DNA of 64,000 nt from an uncultured Burkholderiales bacterium. GTDB taxonomy: Bacteria; Pseudomonadota; Gammaproteobacteria; Burkholderiales; Burkholderiaceae_C. The translations under genes and the position numbers were made by a program. The notes below the pieces were generated by a model. That model was not told the origin of the DNA. It saw nothing but the letters and a program-made list of their open reading frames with translations, and made no database searches. How positions within the stretch are numbered: position 1 is the stretch's first letter; each line of letters starts with the position of its first letter. Shown one piece after another: positions 50,659 through 61,200 of this stretch. The DNA is taken from the NCBI GenBank assembly GCA_945952065.1, contig CAMFGY010000027.1, positions 1,763 through 65,762 on the forward strand, given 5' to 3'.

Positions 50659-50765
50659 TCCGAGGAGCGTTGCAACCTGCTGATGACAGCAGGCCAGGCT
50701 CGGAAAATTTTGCGTCGGCTTGCATTCCAGATCGAATCGGCCCGCGAGACTTGCAACCGCGCTCA
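50659..50765 (+). ncRNA. SAH riboswitch
   Basis: CCGAGGAGCGTTGCAAC-[CTGCTG ATGA CAGCAG]-GCCAGGCTCGG ... AACCGCGCTC pseudoknot partner; upstream of ahcY. Confidence 0.9.
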
Positions 50766-50847
50766 CCCGCTGACGTCTTCGCGTGGGTGATCGTTTTGTT
50801 TGCCCCCTTGATGACGGACGCGGCTTCATATCCTGAAGGAGCCCGCC

Positions 50848-52284
50848 ATGACCACCGCCGCATCAACCCCCCTGTCCAAAGACCAATACCACATCGCTGA
50901 CCTGAGCCTGGCCGCTTGGGGCCGCAAAGAGCTGACCATTGCCGAGAGCGAAATGCCTGCGCTGATGGCCATCCGCAAGGAATACGCCGCCACCCAGCCG
51001 CTCAAGGGCGCGCGCATCACCGGCTCGCTGCACATGACCATCCAGACCGGCGTGCTGGTCGAAACCCTGCAAGCCCTGGGCGCCGAAGTGCGCTGGGCCT
51101 CTTGCAATATCTTCTCCACCCAAGACCATGCCGCCGCCGCCCTGGTGGCCAAGGGCACGCCGGTGTTCGCCTACAAGGGCGAGACCCTGGAAGACTACTG
51201 GGACTACACCCACCGCATCTTTGAATTCGGCGCCAAGGGTGAAGCCGGCGAAGGTCCGAACATGATTCTGGACGACGGCGGCGACGCCACCTTGCTGATG
51301 CACCTGGGCCAAAAGGCCGAGAAAGACCTGTCGGTGCTGGCCAACCCGGGCAGCGAGGAAGAGCGCATTTTGTTCGCCGCCATCAAGGCCAAGGTCGCTC
51401 AAGACCCGACGTGGTACACCCGCAAGAGCGCCGAGATCATCGGCGTGACCGAAGAAACCACCACCGGCGTGCTGCGCCTGAACGAAATGGCCGCCAAGGG
51501 CAGCCTGCTGTTCCGCGCCATCAATGTGAATGACTCGGTGACCAAGAGCAAGTTCGACAACCTCTACGGCTGCCGCGAATCGCTGGTGGACGCCATCAAG
51601 CGCGCCACCGATGTGATGGTCGCCGGCAAGATCGCCGTGGTGGCCGGCTATGGCGATGTGGGCAAGGGCTCGGCCCAGGCGCTGCGCGCGCTGTCGGCGC
51701 AAGTCTGGGTGACCGAGATCGACCCGATCTGCGCACTGCAAGCCGCCATGGAAGGCTACCGTGTGGTCACCATGGAATACGCCGCCGACAAGGCCGATAT
51801 TTTCGTCAGCGCCACCGGCAACAAGAACGTGATCCGCTACGAGCACATGGCCGCGATGAAGAACAACGCCATCGTCTGCAATATCGGTCACTTCGACAAC
51901 GAGATCGACGTGGCTTCGCTGGCCAAGTGCGGCTGGGACGAAATCAAGCCGCAGGTCGACCATGTGATCTTCCCGGATGGCAAGCGCATCATCCTCTTGG
52001 CCAAGGGCCGTCTGGTGAACCTGGGCTGCGGCACCGGCCACCCGAGCTATGTGATGTCGTCCAGCTTCGCCAACCAGACCATCGCCCAGATCGAGCTGTT
52101 CGCCCACAAGGACGCCTACGACATCGGCAAGGTCTATGTGCTGCCCAAGCATCTGGACGAGAAGGTGGCGCGCCTGCAGCTGACCACGCTGAACGCCCAG
52201 CTGAGCGAATTGAGCGATGAGCAGGCGGCTTACATTGGGGTGCCCAAGACGGGACCATTCAAGCCCAACACCTACCGCTATTGA
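50848..52284 (+). CDS. ahcY: Adenosylhomocysteinase
   Basis: [59 protein letters not shown]. Confidence 0.98.
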   Translation: MTTAASTPLSKDQYHIADLSLAAWGRKELTIAESEMPALMAIRKEYAATQPLKGARITGSLHMTIQTGVLVETLQALGAEVRWASCNIFSTQDHAAAALVAKGTPVFAYKGETLEDYWDYTHRIFEFGAKGEAGEGPNMILDDGGDATLLMHLGQKAEKDLSVLANPGSEEERILFAAIKAKVAQDPTWYTRKSAEIIGVTEETTTGVLRLNEMAAKGSLLFRAINVNDSVTKSKFDNLYGCRESLVDAIKRATDVMVAGKIAVVAGYGDVGKGSAQALRALSAQVWVTEIDPICALQAAMEGYRVVTMEYAADKADIFVSATGNKNVIRYEHMAAMKNNAIVCNIGHFDNEIDVASLAKCGWDEIKPQVDHVIFPDGKRIILLAKGRLVNLGCGTGHPSYVMSSSFANQTIAQIELFAHKDAYDIGKVYVLPKHLDEKVARLQLTTLNAQLSELSDEQAAYIGVPKTGPFKPNTYRY

Positions 52285-52285
52285 T

Positions 52286-52412
52286 GGGCGGAGGGCTACT
52301 GCGCGGCCGACAGGCGTTGTTGCGGGTCCCTCCGCAGATCCTCACGTAGCCCAAGCTACGTTCCGGTCTGCGGATCCGCCCGCGCCTAGCCTGACGACCG
52401 CTCGCTACGCCC
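52286..52412. repeat. About 127-nt imperfect palindromic extragenic element
   Basis: Nested arms GGGCG/CGCCC, CAGGC/GCCTG, GCGGG/CCCGC, TCCGCAGA/TCTGCGGA and ACGTAGC-CCAA-GCTACGT. Confidence 0.7.
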
Positions 52413-52440
52413 TGCAAGATTTTTGGTTTCCATTTGAGCT

Positions 52441-53217
52441 ATGCGCGCTGATCAACTGTTAGTTTCCAAAGGCCTGGCACCGACGCGTTCGGCGGCGCAG
52501 CGGCTGATTTCAGCCGGGGCGGCGCAGTGGCAAGGCGCCAAGGACTGGCAGGCGATCCGCAAAGCGGGCGAGGAGTTGCCCGAACATTGCGAGCTGCGCG
52601 TCAGCGATGACGCAGAGCTGCGCTTTGTGTCGCGCGGCGGGCTCAAGCTGGAGGGCGCGCTGCAGCAAAGCGGTCTGGAGGTGCGTGGCCTGACCGTGCT
52701 GGACATGGGCCAGAGCACCGGCGGCTTTACCGACTGCCTGCTGAAAGCCGGCGCGGCCCAGGTCGTGGGCGTGGACGTCGGTCACAGCCAGTTGCACGAG
52801 CAGCTGCGCCAGCACCCCCAAGTGGTGGGTCTAGAGCACTTGCATGTGCGCGAGTTGGCAGGCTCGGCCTTGGCGCAACACGCGCCCGCTGAGGGCTTTG
52901 ACTTGATCGTGGGTGACCTCAGCTTCATCTCCATGCTGGGCGCCTTGCCGCATCTGGCGGCTTGGCTGGCGCCGCGGGGTCAGGTCTTGCTGCTGATCAA
53001 GCCGCAGTTTGAGTTGGGCAAAAAAGCGCTGGCGCGCGGCGGCTTGGTCAAAGACGCCAAGCAATACCCGCTGCTGGAAACCCAGGCCCGCCACGCCGCC
53101 CGCGACCAAGGCTGGCAGGTACTGGGCTATTTTGAGAGCGCCATCACCGGCGGTGATGGCAACAAAGAATTTTTCCTCTGGGCACAAGCGCCCGAGGCTG
53201 CGAAAGACAAGCCATGA
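52441..53217 (+). CDS. tlyA: TlyA-family RNA methyltransferase
   Basis: S4-like MRADQLLV, FVSRGGLKL, DMGQSTGGFTD, DLSFIS, LIKPQFE, GGDGNKEF. Confidence 0.93.
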   Translation: MRADQLLVSKGLAPTRSAAQRLISAGAAQWQGAKDWQAIRKAGEELPEHCELRVSDDAELRFVSRGGLKLEGALQQSGLEVRGLTVLDMGQSTGGFTDCLLKAGAAQVVGVDVGHSQLHEQLRQHPQVVGLEHLHVRELAGSALAQHAPAEGFDLIVGDLSFISMLGALPHLAAWLAPRGQVLLLIKPQFELGKKALARGGLVKDAKQYPLLETQARHAARDQGWQVLGYFESAITGGDGNKEFFLWAQAPEAAKDKP

Positions 53218-54059
53218 GTACAGCAACACCCCGCGTGCCGGTCAGTTTTGAGTTCTTCCCGCCCAACACCCCAGTGGGCACCGAGAAGCTCAAGACCGTG
53301 GTGCAAGACCTGAGCGTGCTGAACCCGCATTACTTCAGCGTCACCTATGGCGCGGGGGGCTCCACCCGCGAGAAGACGCTGAGCACGGTGATGGACATTG
53401 CGGCCGCGGGCTATGAGGCTGCACCGCATTTGTCCTGCGTGGGCTCCACCCGCGAGAACATTGCCGAGATCCTGGCCACCTACCGCGCACAGAACATCCG
53501 CCGCGTGGTGGCGCTGCGCGGCGATCTGCCCAGCGGCACCGCCACCGCGGGCGAATTCCGTTATGCCTCGGAGCTGGTGGCCTTCATCCGCGAAACCCAG
53601 GGGCCGGACTGGCAGATCGAAGTCGCCGCCTACCCCGAGTACCACCCGCAGCAGCGCTATGCGGCCAAAGACTTGCAGCACTTTGCCGCCAAGATGCGTG
53701 CCGGCGCCAACTCGGCCATCACGCAGTTTTTCTTCAACCCTGATGCTTACTTCCACTTCGTCGACGAAGTGCGCAAGCTGGGTGTGGAAGCGCCCATCGT
53801 GCCGGGCATCATGCCCTTCCACAACTACGCCCGCATCGCCCAGTTCGCCGCACGCGATGGCATCGAGATCCCGCGCTGGGTGGCGCTGAAGATGGAAGGC
53901 TATATGGACGATGTGGCCAGCATCCGCGAGTTCGGCCTGGAAGTGATGACGCGCGTCTGCGAGCGCCTGATCGCCGGTGGCGCCCCCAGCATCCACTTCT
54001 ATACGCTGAATCAATCCGCTTTGACGCTGGAGTTGTGCAAACGCCTCAGTCTCGGCTGA
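53214..54059 (+). CDS. metF: Methylenetetrahydrofolate reductase
   Basis: SFEFFPP, SVTYGAGGS, ALRGD, AAYPEYHP, ITQFFF, HFYTLN; ATGA overlap with tlyA. Confidence 0.97.
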   Translation: MSTATPRVPVSFEFFPPNTPVGTEKLKTVVQDLSVLNPHYFSVTYGAGGSTREKTLSTVMDIAAAGYEAAPHLSCVGSTRENIAEILATYRAQNIRRVVALRGDLPSGTATAGEFRYASELVAFIRETQGPDWQIEVAAYPEYHPQQRYAAKDLQHFAAKMRAGANSAITQFFFNPDAYFHFVDEVRKLGVEAPIVPGIMPFHNYARIAQFAARDGIEIPRWVALKMEGYMDDVASIREFGLEVMTRVCERLIAGGAPSIHFYTLNQSALTLELCKRLSLG

Positions 54060-54081
54060 GCTTCTTGCGCAAGATCAAGTG

Positions 54082-54110
54082 AAAGAGGCCCTCCGAGCGA
54101 GGGCCTTTTT
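54082..54110 (+). terminator. Intrinsic terminator after metF
   Basis: AGGCCCTC-CGAGC-GAGGGCCT followed by TTTT. Confidence 0.85.
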
Positions 54111-54114
54111 CAAT

Positions 54115-54128
54115 TTGCGCTGGATCAA
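54115..54128 (+). promoter_or_regulatory. FNR/CRP-like box upstream of ompW
   Basis: TTGCG-CTGG-ATCAA versus TTGAT-N4-ATCAA; a second copy TTGCG-CAAG-ATCAA lies at 54065-54078. Confidence 0.6.
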
Positions 54129-54199
54129 GGGTTTACCCCGGTCGGCAGCATCCAATCTCTTCCATCGGGGCTGTTCCCGGCTTTACAGGAAGTAGATCA

Positions 54200-54832
54200 A
54201 TGACTCGCAAGTTCTTCAGCGCTATCGCTACCGTTTCCGCCGCTGCCGCTCTGGCCTTCACATCGTTTGCTGCACAAGCGCAGCAAGAAGGCCCTTGGCT
54301 GGTGCGCGCACGCGCTGTCAACCTCGACTCCGCCAACAAAGACACCACCGGCCTGGGTCTGAGCATCAACAACAAGGTGATTCCTGAAGTGGACATCAGC
54401 TACTTCATCACCCCCAATATCGCCGCCGAACTGGTTCTGACCTATCCGCAAGGCCATGACCTGAAATCCAACGGTGCCAAGATCGGCACCCTGAAGCACC
54501 TGCCCCCGACCCTGTCGCTGCAGTACCACTTCGCCCCCACCAGCACCTTCCGTCCCTATGTGGGCCTGGGCGTGAACTACACCAACTTCTCAGACGTGAA
54601 GTTTGACGCCAGCCTGGAAGGCACGGGCAAGCTGAACCCCTCGATCGACAACAACAGCTACGGCTTCTCGGCCCAGATCGGCGCAGACATCGCCATCGCC
54701 AAGAACCTGTACCTGAACGTCGACGTCAAGAAGGTGCAGATCGGCACCAAGGTCTACTCCAATGGCAACAAGGCCGGCGACTTCAAGGTCGACCCCGTGC
54801 TGTTCGGCCTGGGCGTGGGCTACCGCTTCTAA
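54200..54832 (+). CDS. ompW: Outer membrane protein OmpW
   Basis: Signal peptide; PEVDISYF, IAAELVL, HLPPTLSLQYHF, PYVG.GVNY, DP.LFGLGVGYRF. Confidence 0.95.
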   Translation: MTRKFFSAIATVSAAAALAFTSFAAQAQQEGPWLVRARAVNLDSANKDTTGLGLSINNKVIPEVDISYFITPNIAAELVLTYPQGHDLKSNGAKIGTLKHLPPTLSLQYHFAPTSTFRPYVGLGVNYTNFSDVKFDASLEGTGKLNPSIDNNSYGFSAQIGADIAIAKNLYLNVDVKKVQIGTKVYSNGNKAGDFKVDPVLFGLGVGYRF

Positions 54833-54854
54833 GACGGTTTTCCCCGTCTACACC

Positions 54855-54890
54855 AGCCGCTGAGCCGCAAGGCCCAGCGGCTTTTTTCTT
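54855..54890 (+). terminator. Intrinsic terminator after ompW
   Basis: AGCCGCTG...GCAA...CAGCGGCT followed by TTTTTCTT. Confidence 0.85.
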
Positions 54891-54910
54891 GGCTTTGCGC
54901 AGACTGCAAC

Positions 54911-56227
54911 TCAAGCCAAGGCCGCAAACGCATCCCGCGTCATGTTCTCGGGCGCGCCTTCCGCGCGGCAGACCACATCGTCTTCAATGCGGATACCGCC
55001 GAAGCGACTCAGCCGCTCCACCAAGGCCCAATCCACCGACGCCGCGGCCGGGCTGGCGCGCAGCTGGCGCAGCAGGGTCGGGATGAAGTACAAGCCCGGC
55101 TCGATGGTCACCACCATGCCAGGCTGCAACGTGCGGGTCAGGCGCAGATAGGGATGGCCCTCGGGTTTGGGCGCCAGCGCGCCGCTCTCGTCAGCCATGA
55201 AGCCGCCCACATCGTGCACTTGCAAGCCCAACAAATGGCCGGTGCCATGCGGCATGAAGATGGAAGTAAGCCGTTCAGCGATCTGCGCCTCCACACTCAT
55301 CTTGACAATGCCTTGCGCTTGCAAAATGGCGGCGATGCGGCGGTGGGTGCTGAGATGGATGTCGCGGTAATCCACCCCGGCGCGCACCTCGTCCACCAGC
55401 GCCAACTGGGCGCTTTCCATGGCGGCCAGCAAGGCATCGAACTCGGCGCTGGCGGCGTTGCCGTGGGTCCAAGTGCGGGTGATGTCGGAGGCATAACCGT
55501 TCACCTGAGCGCCTGCATCGATCAAGAAGCTGCGGCTCTCGGCGGGGGCTTGCTCGTCTTGGTACTGGTAGTGCAAGACCGCGCAATGTTCGTTCAAGGC
55601 CACGATATTGCCGTAGGGCAGATCGCGGTCGGTGTGGCCGGCAGCGATCAAATAGGCACGGTGGATTTCAGCCTCCGAGGCGCCTGCCAAAAAGGCCTTG
55701 CGCGCGGCCATGTGGGCCGGCGCGGCGCGGCGTGAGGCGGCGCGCATTTGCTCCAGCTCATACTCGCTCTTGCAGGCGCGCGGGTAGTGCAGCAGGTTCA
55801 GCAAGTCGGCCGGGTTGTTCGGCACCACGCCGTCCAGCGCGGCATCGGCTTCGCCGATGATGGCCAAGCGGCCGGGTACTTTCAAATGCGCGGCAGCGTC
55901 TTCGGCACGGCTGATGACGATCAGCTCCACATGCTGAACCCACTCGCCGGTCGGCGCACTGGGCGGCACATGCCAGTAGTCATCGGGCTGGTAGTAAACC
56001 ACCCGCGGTTTGTGCCCCGGGCGCAGCAGCAGCCAGCTGTTGGGGTGGTTGACCAGCGGCAGCCAATGCTTGAAATGCGGATTGGGCTGAAACAGATAGG
56101 GCCGATCGTCCAAAAACGCGTACTTCTCGATGCCGGAGGCAATCAAGAGGGCATCGAACCCGCAACGCGCCAGCGCGCTCTCGGTGCGCTGCTGCAGTTG
56201 CGACAAATGTTGAGCGTAGGTATTCAT
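54911..56227 (-). CDS. pepQ: Xaa-Pro dipeptidase (prolidase)
   Basis: NPHFKHW, PYGNIVALNE, LIDAGA, SDITRT, PHG.GH.LGLQVHD, TIEPG, GGIRIEDD. Confidence 0.93.
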   Translation of the reverse strand: MNTYAQHLSQLQQRTESALARCGFDALLIASGIEKYAFLDDRPYLFQPNPHFKHWLPLVNHPNSWLLLRPGHKPRVVYYQPDDYWHVPPSAPTGEWVQHVELIVISRAEDAAAHLKVPGRLAIIGEADAALDGVVPNNPADLLNLLHYPRACKSEYELEQMRAASRRAAPAHMAARKAFLAGASEAEIHRAYLIAAGHTDRDLPYGNIVALNEHCAVLHYQYQDEQAPAESRSFLIDAGAQVNGYASDITRTWTHGNAASAEFDALLAAMESAQLALVDEVRAGVDYRDIHLSTHRRIAAILQAQGIVKMSVEAQIAERLTSIFMPHGTGHLLGLQVHDVGGFMADESGALAPKPEGHPYLRLTRTLQPGMVVTIEPGLYFIPTLLRQLRASPAAASVDWALVERLSRFGGIRIEDDVVCRAEGAPENMTRDAFAALA

Positions 56228-56239
56228 GGCTTGCCATTG

Positions 56240-56824
56240 TCAGCCATGGATGTCCCAGACCACGCCCTCTTCCGTCAAGATGGCATCCAGAGGCACATCA
56301 TGCGGCTCGGCCTTCAGCAGCGGCTGAAAGCCATGCGCATAGCCAATGCCTGCCGTGGCCGGGCGCGGCTGCAAGCCAGCCAAGGTGCGGTCCATGAAGC
56401 CGCCGCCATAGCCCAGACGCAAGCCAAAAGGCCCATAGCCCACGCAAGGCACGATCAGCAATTGCGGCTCGAACACCTCGGTGTCTTTGGGCTTGGGGAT
56501 GCCGTAGGCGTCTTCTTCCATCGGGCAGCCGGGGTACCAGACATGAAAGCGCAAAGTGCCATGGGCTTTGTCCACCACAGGCAAGCCAATGCGCCGCTCC
56601 GGGTGGTTTTCGCCCCAGCGGTAGAGCGCGGGCAAAGGATCAAACTCGCCTTTGATCGGCCAATAAGCCCCTATCGTCAATTCAGGGCGGCGCAGCAACC
56701 AAACGCGCAAAACCTCTTGCAATTGCTCGGCCAACTCAAGCCGATGCGGCAAGTTGAGCCGGTCTTCGATCAGCTTGTGACGCAAGGCGCTGCGGTCATT
56801 CAGGTCCACGGACACATCTCCCAT
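56240..56824 (-). CDS. 5-formyltetrahydrofolate cyclo-ligase
   Basis: YWPIKGEFDP, LPVV, YGIPKP, VPCVG....RLGYGGGFMDR, LDAILTE. Confidence 0.92.
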   Translation of the reverse strand: MGDVSVDLNDRSALRHKLIEDRLNLPHRLELAEQLQEVLRVWLLRRPELTIGAYWPIKGEFDPLPALYRWGENHPERRIGLPVVDKAHGTLRFHVWYPGCPMEEDAYGIPKPKDTEVFEPQLLIVPCVGYGPFGLRLGYGGGFMDRTLAGLQPRPATAGIGYAHGFQPLLKAEPHDVPLDAILTEEGVVWDIHG

Positions 56825-57054
56825 TCAAAAATGCCCTGAGGCCATGGCCTCGCCGCTGAGGGTTACGCCAAACATTGTGGGTGAAATTCCGGCCCGGCTG
56901 TACCCGGGCTCACCCTTTCAAGACCAGGCGCCACCCCGCCCAATGATTCGGCGCAGTGCCGGTCGCCCAAGAACTTGGACAACACGGTGGCTTGAGCCAC
57001 CTAAGAGGCCTAGGCTCATGCATACTGATGAGCAGCAAACTCCGGTGAGCCCAT

Positions 57055-58206
57055 ATGCAAAAGCAGCCTCTGGTCTTGGTGGTGGATGACGATGCCCTGA
57101 TGCGCGAGCTCTATGGCGAAGCGCTGGGTGAAGACTTCAGTCTGGAATTCGCCGTCGATGGGTCTGAGGCCCTGACCCGGCTCCGTCAGGGGCAACGACC
57201 CGACGCGGTGCTGATGGATGTCGCCATGCCTGGCTTGGATGGCTATGAGACTTGCAGATGTCTGCACCAGGAATGCATCGATCCTCCCCCTGTGATCTTT
57301 GTCTCCTCGAACGATAGGCTAGAAGATCGTATGCGCGGCTATGACGCTGGCGGCAATGACTATCTTTGCAAACCCGTTGAGGCCCAGGAGTTGGTGGCCA
57401 AAATCCGCCGACAAATCCAAGCCGATGCCGCGCAGCGCGCCTTGCATGCGGAACGAGAAGAGGCCGTAATGGCCGTGCTCAGCGGTGCCGACCTCGCCGG
57501 TGAGTTGGGGGTGGTGCTGGACTTTCAACGCGGCCTGAACGCTTGCAGCAACAGCGAAGCTTTGTGTCGATTGCTTTTCGAAGCCCTCGCGCGCTATGGC
57601 TTTGAGGGCTGTGTTCGCATTTACAGCCGCAGCGCTTCTCTCGACAGGTCAAGCGGCGGGGTTTGCACGTCGTTGGAGCATTCCATTCTTGACGCTTTGG
57701 TGGCGCAGCGAGAAGGACCAAGAATCCGCCCATTCCAAAGCAACACCAGTTTTAACTTTGGCACCGTGGTGCTTTTTGTTCGCACATTGAACATGCAACG
57801 CGACACCCAAATGGCCCCAGAGGAAAGCCAAAGACAAGGGCGGGCCATCGACAACATTGCCCTGTTGATGGAGGCCGCCGTTTCGCGCCTCCAAGCCATC
57901 GAAGGGGAAAATGCTTTGCAAGACTTGGGCAATTCACGTCGCTTGATGAGCATTGCCACCCAAGCTTTGAATGACGTTGCACAGCGCAACGAACATATGG
58001 CCGAACAGGTGCGCCAGGCTTTTGAGAGTCTTTTGTCGGAATTGGACATGAGCTTCTTGCACTTGGGTTTGACCTCCAGCCAAGAAGATTCTGTTGCCGA
58101 GTTGGTCAAGTCTCATGGTGCCCATGTGCAAACGGTGCTTGAGCAAGGCAGAGCGACTGAACAGGTGCTGCGTCGCGTCATCGAAGATTTGAAGGTCGGC
58201 AGCTAA
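57055..58206 (+). CDS. Response regulator with uncharacterised C-terminal region
   Basis: REC (VVDDD, LMDVAMP, FVSS, YLCKP); about 260 aa C-terminus with no recognisable DNA-binding or enzymatic motif. Confidence 0.85.
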   Translation: MQKQPLVLVVDDDALMRELYGEALGEDFSLEFAVDGSEALTRLRQGQRPDAVLMDVAMPGLDGYETCRCLHQECIDPPPVIFVSSNDRLEDRMRGYDAGGNDYLCKPVEAQELVAKIRRQIQADAAQRALHAEREEAVMAVLSGADLAGELGVVLDFQRGLNACSNSEALCRLLFEALARYGFEGCVRIYSRSASLDRSSGGVCTSLEHSILDALVAQREGPRIRPFQSNTSFNFGTVVLFVRTLNMQRDTQMAPEESQRQGRAIDNIALLMEAAVSRLQAIEGENALQDLGNSRRLMSIATQALNDVAQRNEHMAEQVRQAFESLLSELDMSFLHLGLTSSQEDSVAELVKSHGAHVQTVLEQGRATEQVLRRVIEDLKVGS

Positions 58207-58213
58207 GCCCTGT

Positions 58214-61200
58214 TCAGGCCGGTGGATCGAGCGCCACCAGGCATGGCGCATCTTGCGCCAAACGGGCTTGCAAAGGCCCCACATCATCGCCCTGGGCCTC
58301 GCGTAAATTGCGCTCCAACTCGGCCGCCAACTGGCTGATCACCGTCAAGCCCAGCGAAGCCGCCGTGCCCTTGATGGAATGCGCGATACGCGTGGCCGAG
58401 GCTCTATCGCCCTGCGCCAGCGCGGCCAGAATGCGCGCCCCCGCGTCGCCTTGCTCGCGCCCAAAACGCGCCAGCAAACCGGGCAGACGCGCCAAGCGCC
58501 GCCCCAGCAGCCGCTGGGCCGCGCCGAGGTCAAAGCCTTCCAGTTGCAGCAGTTCGGCAGGCAAGCCGCTCCCTGTTTCGGCTGTGACTGCGGCCTCGGT
58601 GGAGAAGCCGGCGGGTGGGAGTGCGGCACTTGCTGCGGCCATTGCGGCCCCCTGCGGCACTGCAGGCTCATCAAGCACATCAGGCCGTTCAGTCGCAGGT
58701 GGCGCAGCGAGTTGCAACCATTGCAGCAGCTTGGCATACAGCAACTCAGGCAACACCGGCTTGCTCAGGTGGTCATTCATGCCCGCTCGCTGACAGGCCA
58801 GGCGATCTTCCTCAAAGGCCTGGGCGGTCAAGGCAATCACCGGCACTGCCGCATAGCCGGGCAGGCGGCGCAAGGCTTGCGTGGCCTCGATGCCGTCCAT
58901 TTTCGGCATGCGCACATCCATCAGCACCAAATCGAAAGACGCTCGCTGTGCCCAAGCCAAGGCCTCCACCCCATCGCTGGCGGTTTGCACCAGCATGCCT
59001 GCGTCGCGCAGCAAATCGCTGGCGATCTCCAGGTTGATATCCACATCATCCACTAACAAGATGCGGCGGGGGCCCAGTGCACGCAGCTGCAGCAAGGCCT
59101 GCTCCCCCTGAGCGACCGGGGCCGGCGCGATGGGCTGATGCGCCAGGGCCAGCGGCAACTCCAACCAAAAGCAGCTGCCCTGTCCCGGCTGGCTGCGCAC
59201 GCCCACCTGCCCCCCCATTAACTCCGCCAGCTTGCGTGCAATCGACAGGCCCAGGCCGGTGCCGCCGAAGCGATGGGCAGTGTCTTCTGAAGCTTGCTCA
59301 AACACCTGAAATAGCCGCTGTTGCTCCGCTTCGCTGAGGCCGATGCCTTGGTCTTCAACTTCAAACCGCAGCCTCAGGCGCGGGCCTTCTTGCGACAGGA
59401 GTCTGGCGCGCACCCACACCTCACCGCGCCGCGTGAAGCGCACCGCATTGGACAGGTAATTGAGCAGGATCTGCCCCAAGCGCATGCCATCGCCATGCAA
59501 ATCGCAAGGCACACCGTCCAAGTCTTGCAACAAACGCACTTCCTGCTCGGCAGCACGCTCTCGCACCATCAACAACAGCTCATCGATCAAAGGGCGCAAA
59601 GCAAAGTCGGCGTGCACCAGTTGGATCTTGCCTGCGTCGATCTTGGAAAGGTCCAGCAAATCATTCAGCAGCGTCAACAGGTGGCGCCCCGTTTGATCAA
59701 TTTGCTGCACCCTCAAGAGCAGGCGTTCAAGCATGGCGGCACTCGCTTCTGAGGCCTGTTGCTGCAGCAGTCCCAAATCGCGCTGCATCAGACGCGCAGC
59801 GCCCAGCACCGCATTCATCGGGGTGCGAATCTCATGGCTCATATTGGCCAGAAAGGCGCTCTTGCTGGCATTGGCGGCCTCAGCGCGTCGGGTAGCCTCA
59901 GACAACTGCACCGTGCGCTGGGTCACCAAGTCCTCCAGATGGATGCGGTGCTGGTTGAGCTCGGCTTCGATGGCCATGCGCTCGCTGACATCCACTTGCA
60001 AAGCCACGTAATGCGTCACCCGCCCATCTTCCCGGCGCAAGGGATAGATGGCAACCCGGTCAACATACACCTCACCGTTCTTGCGCCGGTTGTGCAACAT
60101 GCCTTGCCAGGGTTCACCGCGCAGCAATGAAGCCCACATCTCCTCATAAACACCCTGAGGGGTTTCGCCTGAGGCCAACAAATTGGGCTTCTTGCCCATC
60201 ACCTCGCGCGGGGCGTAGCCGGTGGACTGGGTGAAGGCTGCGTTCACATAGTCAATCATCCCGTCCATGTTGGTGATGATGACGCTGACAGGGCTTTGCT
60301 CCAAGGCCAACGAAAGCTTGCTCACTTCTTCTTCAATGCGCTTGCGGTCGTCAATATCAATGCCCACGCTGAGCAAGGCAGGCCGTCCCTCCAGCTCAAT
60401 CACTTGCAGCTGCAAATCGACCCAATAGAAGCTCCCGTCGCGCCGGGCCTTCAACCACTCGGTTCGAAGCGATGCACCCTGCCCGCGCTCAAAGCGCTGC
60501 TTCAGTTTCTCGATCAAGTGGCGTGCATCTTCGCGTGAGCAAGGGGGGGGTGCGAAGCTCAGGCTTTCGAGTTCAGCCACCGAAGCGCAGCGGGTTTCCA
60601 ATAAGGCCTGCCGGTTGGCGTCACTGATCTTGCCGCTGTCCAGATCCAGCAAGACCATGGCCACGCCCGATTCATCAAACAGGGTACGAAAGCGATGCTC
60701 GCTGGCGCGCAGCCGCTCCTCGGCCCGCTTGATCGCCGTGATGTCATGACCGATGCCGAAGACGCCGATGATTTCGCCATCGCTGCGCCGCAGGGGCGAC
60801 TTCACAATCGACAAGGTGCGCGCCTGAGGCTCCGGCAGATCGACCTCCCAGCGCAAAGCCTGCCCTTGGTCGAGCACCTCCTTGTCTTGGGCATGAAACA
60901 TCTGCGCCAGATCGCCGGCTATCAAATCGGCATCGCTATGACCCAGCACCTGCTCGGCCGACAAGGCCGTCAAACGTTGGGCGGCGGGATTGAAGAGCAA
61001 ATAGCGATGGGCCAGGTCCTTGGCGAAGATCACGTCCTCGGAGGTCTCGGCAATGCTGGACAACAGCTCCAAAGCATGCAGCCGGTCTTGCTGCTCTTGC
61101 GCCAGGCGTCGACTGGCCAACAAATGCTCTTTTTGCCGCAGGACCGAAAACACCATCCAAAACAGGCCGATGGTGAAGAGGCCTGCCAACACAATCTGCA

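Noticed and set aside
56825-57054. Possible 6S RNA upstream of the 5-FTHF cyclo-ligase gene
   Set aside because: The ssrS-ygfA linkage is known in gammaproteobacteria, but I see only short local hairpins (GAGGCCATGGCCTC, GTGGCTTGAGCCAC), not a long rod with a central bubble. An Rfam RF00013 scan would settle it.
57030-57080. c-di-GMP-I riboswitch-like words (GCAAAC...GCAAAAGC...CCTCTGGTC)
   Set aside because: No GNRA-capped P2 or correct pairing, and it overlaps the start codon.
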